Source: Mobula hypostoma (lineage: Eukaryota). Taken from it: a stretch of 64,000 bases of DNA. The translations under genes were made by a program, and so were the position numbers. Of the stretch, positions 24,670-34,854 are shown piece after piece. The notes beneath the pieces are model-generated. The model was not told the origin of the DNA and searched no databases. It worked only from the letters and a program-made list of their open reading frames with translations. The DNA is taken from positions 27,468,001 to 27,532,000 of the forward strand of contig NC_086118.1 in assembly GCF_963921235.1 (NCBI RefSeq), read 5' to 3'. Each line of letters opens with the position of its first letter. The stretch's first letter is position 1.

Positions 24670-25850
24670 AAAGCACTGCTCCAATGCCATATTTAAGTTT
24701 GCTGACAACACCACTATTGTTGGCTGAATCAAATGTGTTGATGAATCAGCACAGCGGAGGGAGACTGAAAATCTGTATAAGTGGTGCCACATCAACAACC
24801 TTTCACTCAATGTCAGCAAAACCAAACAGCTGATTATTGACTTCAGGTGGAGAAAATCAGAGGTCCATATGCTAATCCTCATTCAGGGATTGGTGGTGGA
24901 CTGGGTCAGTAACTTCAAATTCCTTGGTGTTGTCATATTATGGGATATGTCCTGGGACCAGCACATAAAGTACAGTTACAAACAAGACATGACAATGCTT
25001 CTACTTTCCTGGAAGTTTGCACAGATTCAGCACGTCATCTAAAACTTTAACAATCTTACAGTATATAGATCAGATCAGATTTTAGATTAGATTCAACTTT
25101 ATTGTCATTGTGCCGAGTACAGATACAAAGCCAACGAAATGCAGTTAGCATCTAACCAGAAATGCAAAGAGTAGTGTTACTTACAAAATAACTGCAAATA
25201 AAAAGTAAGTGCTACAGCACACAAATATAAAAATACTGAAACAGTACAATACGGATGCAATACTGCTTAGTGTTGCGATGTAAGGTTCAGCAGGGTCACA
25301 GCCTCAGGAAAGAAGCTCTTCCTGTGCCTGCTGGTGCGGGAGCGGAGGCTCCTGTAGCGCCTACCGGATGGCAGGAGATGCATAGTGGAGAGTATTTTGG
25401 CTGGTTGCATCACTGACTGGTGTGGAGACACCAATACCCTAGAATGGAAAAGCCAACAAAATATGGGAGACACGAGGAATTCTGCAGATGCTGGAAATTC
25501 AAGCAACACACATCAAAGTTGCTGGTGAAAGCAGCAGGCCAGGCAGCATCTGTTGGAAGAGGTACAGTCGATGTTTCGGGCCGAGACCCTTCATCAGGAC
25601 TAACTGAAGGAACCGAAGGAAGAGCTAGTAAAAATATGGGGGGGATACATCTCAGCAAGGAGTACAAGAAAGCAACATCCATCATCAAGGTCACCCACCA
25701 TCCAGGCCATGCTCTGTTTTCATGACAGCTATTGGTGAAGAGGTACCAGAGCCTTAGGTCCTATATCACGGGGTTCAGGAACAGTTATTACTCTTCAACC
25801 ATCAGGTTCCTGAACCAGGTGGCTCATGTCCCTCAGCTGATCTCTGAACT
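24670..25850 (+). mobile_element. Decayed Rex1/Babar LINE with nested Rex1 3' fragment (minus, ~25085-25375) and pLTR insertion
   Basis: 'KFADNTTIVG' and 'NNLSLNVSKTKQLIIDFR'. Nested minus piece 'LPSGRRYRSLRSRTSRHRKSFFPEAVTLLN'. Confidence 0.8.
25468..25630 (-). mobile_element. 163-bp Penelope pLTR unit with hammerhead (25566-25601) and 10-bp TSD
   Basis: TSD AAAATATGGG at 25458-25467 and 25631-25640. Minus: AGTC-CTGATGA-A-GGGT-CTCG-GCCC-GAAAC-ATC-GACT. Confidence 0.85.
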
Positions 25851-27351
25851 GATTCGAGATCTAACATTGTTTAATATCATTTCCAGTACAGTACAGTAAG
25901 GAGAATGGAATAATTTGTACTCCGCATCCGGTGCAGCACAATATAATGAACAGCATAATAATAAAAAGCAGAATAAATATACAGTAAATAGATACGATGG
26001 CTCATATACATTGATTATTTGTCCATAAAATGAAGCTAGACACAGGAGTGTCTGTACATAAGATAACTCTACAGGAATTGATAAAATAGTGTGTTTAGGG
26101 AGACTGAGGTGAGTGTTAACGGGTGGAGGTGCTGCTTGGGGAAAGTAACTATTTGTAAGTCTTGTGGTCCTTGTGTAGTCTCCTCTCTATTGGAATATAG
26201 ACAAACAGTCAATGAACAGGGTGGATGGATCCTTCATGATGTTATTGGCCCTTTTCCGGCACCTTTCTGCATATATGTCCAAGACAACAGGTAGCTGGTG
26301 TCAGAGATGCATTGGTGAAATTTGACTACCGCAACCTATGGACTCTATTTTTAAAGACTCTTCAACTCATGTTCTTAGTACTGTTTATTTACTTTATTTA
26401 TTATATTTGCACAAGTTATCTTCTTTTGCACATTGTTTGTGTGTAGTTTTTCATTGATTCTATTGTATTTCTTTATTCTTCTGTGAATGCCTGCAAGAAA
26501 ATGAATCTCAGTATAATACATAGTGACATATATGTAGGTTGATAATAAGTTTACTTTGAACTTTGAAACTATTGAATATTGAAAGGCCGAGACAGACTGG
26601 ATGAGGAGAAGATGTTTCTAATTGTGGAAGAGAGGGCACTGCTTCAGAATAGAAGGACGTCCTTTTAAAACAGATTTGAAGAGGAATTCCTTTAACAAGA
26701 GGGTGGAGCATCTGTGATATAAGTTGCCACAGACGTCTGCGGAGGCCAAGTCATTGGGTTTATTATATTTGGAGGTTAGTAGGTACTTAATTTGTAAGGG
26801 CGTCAAATGTTATGGGAAAGAGGCAGGAGTACAGAGTTGAGGAATAACAAATCAGCTGTGATTGAATGGCGGAGCAGACTCAATGGGCTAAAATTGCCTA
26901 ATTTTGCTCCTATTTTTTATGGTCTCTTGGAAATAATTTAAAATAGGTAAGTCCCTAAGGGCCTGATGAAATCTATCTCTGGATATCTCAGGGAGATAAG
27001 AGTAGAGCTTTCAAGGGGCTTGACAGAGATCATTTTTACCTTCTGTAGCCATGTCCCCGAAGACTAGAGAATAGCCAATGATATTCTTTTATTTAATAAG
27101 GTCATCAGGTACCAATCAAAAATGTATAGGCCAATGTGCCTTAGTCCAGTGGTAGGGAAACCATTGGAGAAGATACTGAGGGACAAGATTTATGTGCACA
27201 TGGAAAAGCATGGAGTTTTTTTCTGGAATAATCAGCATGAATTTATTCCACCTTACAATTCAATTGTGTTTTTTGAGGAGGTGATAAAGGTGATTAATCA
27301 GGGTATGGCTTTCAATGTTGCCTGAAGGACTTCAGCAAACCCTTGATAAGT

Positions 27352-27354
<3 letters not shown>

Positions 27355-27390
<36 letters not shown>

Positions 27391-27690
27391 CATCCGTTAG
27401 TCTCATGAGACCATGGATTTGCGCCTTGGAAAGTTTCCAGGGCACAGGCCTGGTCAAGGTTGTATGGAAGACCAGCAGTTGCCCATGCTGCAAGTCTCCC
27501 CTCTCTACACCACTGATGTTGTCCAAGGGAAGGGCATTAGGACCCATACAGCTTGGCACTGGTGTAGTCGCAGAGCAATGTGTGATTAAGTGCCTTGCTC
27601 AAGGACACACATGCTGCCTCAGCCAAGGCTCAAACTATCGACCTTCAGATCACTAGACGAATGCCTTAACCACTTGGCCACGAGCCAACA
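27355..27690 (-). mobile_element. tRNA-derived SINE with CORE-like segment and (TA)n tail
   Basis: Minus: A box TGGCCAAGTGG, B-box-like AGTTTGAGCC, then GTGTCCTTGAGCAAGGCACTTAA. 3' hairpin GTCTC-AT-GAGAC. (TA)n at ~27354-27388. Confidence 0.85.
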
Positions 27691-28012
27691 CAAGTCTAAA
27701 TGCATACAGTATGTATATGCTAATCATAGCTACCTAAAATTGGCAGCATAACTAACAATACAGGATGGTAAAGAAGGTGTATGACATATTTACCTTCACC
27801 AGTCAGTATGTTGATCATAAATGTTAGCAAGTCATTCCACTTTGGATTGGCCAGATTTGAAGTACCATGTGCAGTTTTGGTTGCTACACTGCAGGTAGGA
27901 TGCAGAAAGGTTTCCCCAGGATGGTGCCTGGATTGGAGAGAGTTAGCTATAAGGAGAGGTTGGATGGCATGGATTGTTTTCTCTGGAGAACTGAAGGCTG
28001 AGAATGACTTAT

Positions 28013-28301
28013 GTTAAAGTTAAAGTCTGTCCCGAGCCTTGTGGCCCATCAGGCCGGTGCTTATGTTAGTTTCTGTGGCGTGAAGCGACTGAGAGTACGA
28101 GAGTCCCCCCAGATAGGATGCCAGTCTATCGCGAGGTTAACCCCAGCGTTTGCCAGTACCCATTTTCAGCTGGGTGGACTGGAGCAGTGTGTGGTTAAGG
28201 GCCTTGCTCAAAGATACAACATGCTGCCTTGGCCGAGACTTGAACCCACGACCTTCAGATCGTGAGCCCAACGCCCTAACCACTTGGCCATGCGCCACAC
28301 A
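28013..28301 (-). mobile_element. tRNA-derived CORE-type SINE with 13-bp TSD
   Basis: TSD GAGAATGACTTAT at 28000-28012 and 28302-28314. A box TGGCCAAGTGG, B box GGTTCAAGTC, CORE-like 'TTGAGCAAGGCCCTTAAC..CCACCCAGCTGAAAATGGGTAC'. Confidence 0.9.
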
Positions 28302-29899
28302 GAGAATGACTTATAGTGGTATATAAATTATGAGATGCACAGAGAAAGTAGATGGAGGAACTCTGCATGTCAGGGAGCATTTAAGGAGGGGAATAAACAG
28401 TTGATATTTCTGGCTGAGACCCCTCATCTGTCTTGGCCCAAAACGTTGATAATTCATTCTCTTCCAGCATTTATTTTCCTGCTTCTGCAGAATCTCTCGT
28501 GTCTTGAAAAAGTATATAGAGTCCTTTTCCTAGGGTGAAATTGTCAAATCGTAGGAGGTAAAGGTTTAGTAATGGGCCTGGGGGTGCGGGAGGGGGTGGT
28601 TTAAAGGATGTTTGCAAGTCAAGTGTTTTTTTTATTTGGGGTGGTATGTATCTGGAATGAATTGCCAGGAATAAGCTTCAAGGCATGCACCACTAGGTTC
28701 AAGGACAGCTTCAATCTCACTGCACTGTCACTGATGCTGGAACGTGTGGCGGCCCCAAGCACATCCTTAGGTTATGCTGTTCGTTAACACAAATGACACA
28801 TTTCACTGTACGTTTTTACATACATGTGATAAATAAATGAATCTGAATAAGACTTCTGAGTGGATTTTTCGTATGTTGAAGGTGAGCTCTTGACCTTTAG
28901 AACTACCTCATAATAGTCATTGCCCTTTCTCTATATCTATAATTGTTACATTATATTCTGCATTCTATACCTGATTTTTCCTTATAATACCTTGATGTAC
29001 AGTACTCTGTTTTTAAAATGATCCGAGTTTTCATTGTACCTTGGTATATTAAACCAATACTGAGAAGGTGGTAGAGATAGAACTGATAGCAGCATTTAAG
29101 AGGGATTTCGAAAGCCACAAGACAGGCAGGAAATGGAGCATATGAACCAGGTGCAGGCTGATGTGATTAATTTGTTTAACACCAAGGTTGGTATGGACAT
29201 GCTGGGCCGTAAGGCCTGTTCCTGTACTGTACTGTTCTATGGTCCAAAAACAGCCAAGTCAAAAAAGTGATGAAGATACTAGATTTTGGATACTTGGTGC
29301 TAATCTTTTTCATCCCGTGTCCTTCCAACTCCCAGCCTCTGTCAATTGATTAGCTATCACCACCCTCTTTTGCATTTCTCTCCAGATGTTCATTCAGTTA
29401 ATAATAAGGCTCTTACTGGCTATGAGCATCATTGTAGATAATTGGAATAATAGCATAGCTTGATTATAAACACAATAGTGTTAGATTATTCAAACCTGGT
29501 CCTGTGTATCATGGTCAGAGTTCTGGATTCTTTCCAAATCTGAGGCACACTGTCTGGAAGGCTATTTTCCTGCTACAAATTACCCGTAGTGTAGGTAGGT
29601 GGTTGAGGTATTGGGAGACAGCTAAAGAGCATCTAAGGGAGAATGGGTTACAGGAGATATAGGATTAAAGGATTATTAAAAACATGAAACATGAGAATAG
29701 GTCAGTACAAGGTGAAACAGGACACCAAATCTGGAAAGTATGTTCTACTTTAGACATTTCCCCAAGAGAAGATAAAGTAATAGAGCAGGGTCAGAAACAA
29801 TAACTTCTGTCTTCCAACTACTTGACTGGATGTTTTAGGATTAGGGCTATTCAGTTTCATTTACCAGACCCTTTCCTTCCCCTACTCAATTCTTTTCTA

Positions 29900-30780
29900 T
29901 TTTTCTAGATTCGGTTTCAACTCACTTATTCTTCAAGATCGTTATGTCATGAAGCTCACCTCTTATACTCCTGTTCCTGTCTCCATTTAATTGTATATTG
30001 TCTCTCTTCAAGGTCATTATGTGAGCTAACATTATTTTTGCCCTTGCTGCAGTTTCAAAAAGCTTTTAAAAAGTTATGAGTAACTTTCTTTTCATGATTC
30101 TATCTCTCAGCATTCTCATTGATTAATCAATAGATTCCCCTCCAATAACTCCAGATGGAATAAACTGTGTGCGTCTGTTTGCATTCTTACCTATTTTATC
30201 TTTGTTATAGAGTCCCCTGCAATCATTTTACTTCCTGTCTCATCACCATTATCTCTGGTGTTCCACAATGATCTATCCTAGCTTCAGGTGTCAACACTCC
30301 ATGACTTTATTATTCCTCTCCCTCATATTTCATCTGCATGTTGCTTTTTGATAACATTTTGAAAACACTTCAGGTTCCATGTACATGCAGATGACACTCA
30401 GTTTTATTTCAGTGTCATCTCCCTTGACCAAAAGATTTTGAAGCTGCACTTAACTGAATGCTCCTCATTACCAGTGCAATTATTTTAGAAGCATACTGCT
30501 ACTCAGGTTGATTTTCCCATTTGGCCTCATGCCTCCCAATTTACTGATGCCTGAATATTGGTCTCAACAAGAATATGTTTAAACTTCTGCCATCTTCTAT
30601 CTCCGTCACAAATTTAATTTACCAGCCATCGATTACATCTCTGTCCCTGACATCTGTCTAAGACTAAGCACACATCTGACCACAGGATAAGTGTTAGAAT
30701 ATATTAGCACATCAGCCAAGATTCCACACTGTCCTCAGCTCTTCTGCTGCCGAATGCCTCATCTTTGCCTTTGAAGAGGA
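29900..30780 (+). mobile_element. Very old L2/CR1-clade LINE relic
   Basis: 'CATGTACATGCAGATGACACTCAGTTTTAT' (~30378-30407) encodes HVHADDTQFY, a decayed YADDTQLY motif. Upstream 'TCTGGTGTTCCACAATGATCTATCCTAG' resembles SGVPQGSIL. Confidence 0.6.
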
Positions 30781-31472
30781 TTCCTTCAACACGTTGTTTC
30801 GATAGCAACTTACGAAATGGCACATTCCAAGCTTCTGGATCCAACAATGAGATTAATGATGTCAAGTAAAATAGCAGTTCCAGCCTTTGTATCTTATAAA
30901 TTGTTTCAGTATTTAAGGTTTTGTTTTTTTTTCCATTTTCAGAAATGCCTTACTAATAATATTGCTATTAATTTCCCCTGCACTTTTATCCTTTTTTCTT
31001 ATTTATTACACTGGTCAATACATTTTTTCTGAAGTGTTGCTTCCTCGGAAATATTTTTTTAGTTTATGATAGACTGTTTGAAGCTGAACAGAAATACAAT
31101 TTCAGACCACCTGTATTACATAGGAATTTTGAGAGACAAGAAATTAACTTTTATTTAAAATAATGTGTTTAATTGCATAACGGCCCTATGCTCTATAATA
31201 GTTCAACTAAGCTAAAATGTTTTGTTGATGACTTTCACTTGTACTTAGTGTTTGAAGCATATTGCTTCAGTGTCCAACAATAATCAGCCAGCATTGATGG
31301 ATTCCAGTTGCCCTGAAACTGTTTCTCCATGACTGCAATGTCTTGGTGAAATCTTTCACTATGCTCATCACTGTCAGTGCCAAGCTTTACAGGGAAGAAG
31401 TTGCATTTTATGGTTTTGTATGCTAGAAACGTGTGGTCAACTTACTGCATGTAGTTTGATGTTCTGTAGTTA

Positions 31473-32292
31473 AGACCATAAGACCATAAGATATAGGAGC
31501 AGAAGTAGGCCTTTCAGCCCATCGAGTCTGTTCTACCATTCAATCATGGACTGATCTAATTCTTCCAATCATCCCCACTCCCCTGCTTTCACCCCATACC
31601 CTTTGACGTCCTGGCTAATCAAGAACCTATCTATCTCTACCCTAAATACGTCCAATGACTTGGCCTCCACAGCCACTCGTGGCAACAAATTCCACAGATT
31701 TACCACTCCCTGACTAAGTTAATTTCTCTGCATCTCAGTTCTAAAAGGATGTCCTACAATCCTGAAGTCATGCCCTCTTGTCCTAGAATCCCCTACCATG
31801 GGAAATAACTTTGCCATATCCAATCTGTTCAGGCCTTTTAACATTTGGAATGTTTCTATGAGATCTCCCCTCATTCTCCTGAACTCCTGAGAATACAGCC
31901 CAAGAGATGACATATGATCCTCATACGGTAATCCTTTCATTCCTGGAATCATTCTCGTGAATCTTCTCTGAACCCTCTCCAATGTCAGTATATCCTTCCT
32001 AAAATAAGGAATCCAAAGCTACACACAATACTCCAAGTGTGGTCTCACTTGTGCCTTATAGAGCCTCAACATCACATCCCTGCTCTTAGATTCTATACCT
32101 CTAGAAATGAATGCCAACATTGCATTTGCCTTCTTCACAACCGACTCAACCTAGAGGTTAACCTTTAGGGTATCTTGCACAAGGACTCCCAAGTCCCTTT
32201 GCATCTCCGCATTTTGAATTTTCTCGCCATCGAAATAATTCTCTGCCCGTTTATTTCTTCCACCAAAGTGCATGACTATACACTTTCCAACA
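31473..32292 (-). mobile_element. 5'-truncated CR1
   Basis: 'ERVQRRFTRMIPGMKGL..RRMRGDLIETF'. (TGGTCTTA)n tail at 31473-31490. Confidence 0.93.
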
Positions 32293-33475
32293 TTTCTATG
32301 TTTCTATGTTTCTATAACATCCTTAAATGACTTCAATGCGATTTTTTTCTGGTCCCACTAGAAGTTCTTTGACCTGCCTGTCCTTGATGACCTGTTTGAT
32401 TCGTGGACCAACAAAAAATGCCTTCCTTAACTTTGGCATCAGTTATTCTAACTTGAATTATGAATTGAAATAACAAATATTGGTGATTTCAAAAAAATGG
32501 TGCATGAAAGATGATTTTCATGGTCAGCAGCCCAAAATCCACCAAACATCTTTGTTGTCCAGTGTTATTGGTGCCCTTCACTTCATAACACTTTACTTTT
32601 TCTATGTTCCTTCTCTCTCTCATTGCATTTTAATTCCTATTCTATCTCTAACTTTTTCCAATTGTTAACAAATTTCCTCACAGATGCCAATGATATTAAA
32701 CATGGTTCTGATTCTGAAAGGTCAATCATCTGAAACATTAACTTGGATTCTCTCTCCATAGAGCTGCCTGAATTGTTTTCCATCTTATTTAACCATGCTC
32801 CTGGACAACCTGCCTCATTCTACCCTCTCATAAACCTGAGGTCATTAGTTTTCAATCTCCTAGCTTCCAACAAGCACTTTCCCCTTGTTTGATTCCTGAT
32901 CTACTGCTGTTTAATCAGCACTACCTCCCAGTTAAAAATGTTTTAATTTTTCAAATGCTCACCGATGTTTTCAAAACTTTCATAATCACACCTTCCCATT
33001 TCTCAATTTCCTTCAGACTTATATTCCTCCCATGATTCAAATCTGTCTTCTACATTATTTCTTCTTTTAGCCAGTCCAGCATTGGCACCTGTTGGAACAT
33101 TTTTTGGGGGGTTAGCACATACAGCACCAGTCAACAGATGCAAATATGAACTATGGATTAAATCTAAAATGCATCACTGAATGATGGGTTCCTAAGAACA
33201 ATGAACCACAGTTAATTGGAAGGCCAGACAATGCTGGTTAAAGTTCTTTCATGGTGTGGGTGCAAAGTGGAAGGTGTGAATTCATATGTAGTTCAAAGAA
33301 AGCATTGTGGATGCATTGTAAATATGGAATTGTCCTCTGATGTTTAGAACCTGAAATGTTGTGTAGCATTGGGTCAGGCAGAGCTTCTTTCTCCAAATCT
33401 CATTTTGTCAAATAAAAAGACTGCTTGAGATCTCCCAGTACTTCTGTCTAGTGACTTTGTTCATGTGACAACATT

Positions 33476-33493
33476 TGGTGTCAAGAGTGGGAT
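33476..33493 (+). promoter_or_regulatory. tRNA-Leu primer-binding site
   Basis: TGGTGTCAAGAGTGGGAT matches 17/18 of the complement of the vertebrate tRNA-Leu(CAG) 3' end as I recall it (TGGTGTCAGGAGTGGGAT), 2 nt after the LTR-terminal CA. Confidence 0.8.
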
Positions 33494-34163
33494 CATCCTA
33501 CTCTGCTATAGTTTTATGGGCCAGTGAGCTAGACCAGAGGAAGCACAAGAGAAGTCGTAAAATGTCTGTAGCAAATATAGCTGCCATAACGTCACAGAGA
33601 ACTTGCTTTGTGTGCTGGCAACTGGGGCACATTGCAAGGAACTGCTGGAAAAGATGAAGGAAGGTATTACAACATAGTAATGGTGCAGAACCATGGGGAC
33701 ACAGGAAGACCAGTGTCATATTATTAAACAAAATCAACAACCACTGCAGGAGGACTCCCCTGCTGCATAGCAGCTTTAGACCGCGCAGCATGGGTAGTGT
33801 GAGTAAATAAACCAGATGTAATAATGGGACAATTCTTACTCCACACACCCCATACTTTGTAGAGCTCCTGAATACGGGGAGGCTGAGAGAAGTCACTGGC
33901 AGCAGAAGGGCAGCTTGGGAGATAATTCTCATTCCCAAAGACAAGTCAGTCCATGTACCCTATCACCCTCAGAGCTCAGGGGTGGCAGAAAGGATGAACC
34001 AAACAATCAAGAATACCTTAGGCAAAGCTATAACTGAGGCGGGAAAGACATGGAGTGATCTATTACCAGAAATCCTGGTAAGATTACGACCATCCCCAAA
34101 CTGCACACTGGGTCTCACCCCCAATGAATTATATGTGACTCCCCCTTGGGTTGCGGTAATTCT

Positions 34164-34854
34164 GGGGAGGAGAGGAGAAGATGGCGGTGTTACGCAGTGA
34201 GCATGGCCGCTCCGAATTGATATCGTATTTGTGAAGTAGGATGCCGTGCACAATCCTTATTTGATGGAGACAGCCGTGAGAAGCACGGAGGAACATCTGG
34301 AGAAACTTCTGAAATGCCTGCTTTGCTGCCACTGCTACTGGGTGATCGAGAATCTCCAGAGGGGAAGGCCGCAAATCCTCAGCTTTGCCTATTGCCTGTT
34401 GCCGGGGCCAGGGTCGAAGCGCTCGGCAGAGATGGTGCTCGGTGCTCGGTGTCAGAGAGCCGGTCGGAGGCTCGGAGTTTTCGGACTGACTCGGAGTCGG
34501 ACTGTGGTCGGGTGCTTCCAGGATGCTGCATCGGCAAGTTTGCGTCGCTGGAAGATCATGGCAGGGAGAGTTTTCTTCCTTCTCCCATCTGCGTGAGATG
34601 ATGGGACTTTCAAGAGACTTTGAGACTTTTTTTATCTTGCCCATGGTCTGTTCTTCTATTAAATTACGGTATTGCTTGCACTGTTGTAACTATATGTTAT
34701 AATTATGTGGTTTTTGTCAGTTTTTTTAGTCTTGGTTTGTCTTGTGTTTCTGTGATATCATTCTGGATGAACAAATTGTATCATTTCTTAATGCATGCAT
34801 TGCTAAATGACAATAAAAGAGGACTGCGTGTCCTCATATCTAATCTAATCTAAT
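34164..34854 (+). mobile_element. ~690-bp non-autonomous retroelement, copy 1 (YY1-like 5' motif, (ATCTA)n tail)
   Basis: AAGATGGCG at 34178-34186, CpG-rich 5' half, AATAAA, GAGGAC/GTCCTC hairpin and (TAATC)n tail. Interrupts the ERV integrase. Homologous end to end with 39871-40559. Confidence 0.85.

Larger units (their letters stand above)
26565..29240 (+). mobile_element. Two decayed CR1 relics (3' fragment ~26565-26925; longer relic ~26935-29240) with nested SINEs
   Basis: 'YRPMCLSPVVGKPLEKILRDKIYVHMEKHG'. CR1 3' UTR-like ends at ~26900 and ~29200-29240. Confidence 0.75.

Noticed and set aside
27620..27690. tRNA genes (also ~28230-28300 and ~50030-50100)
   Set aside because: A/B boxes continue into SINE bodies and tails, and I could not form a complete cloverleaf.
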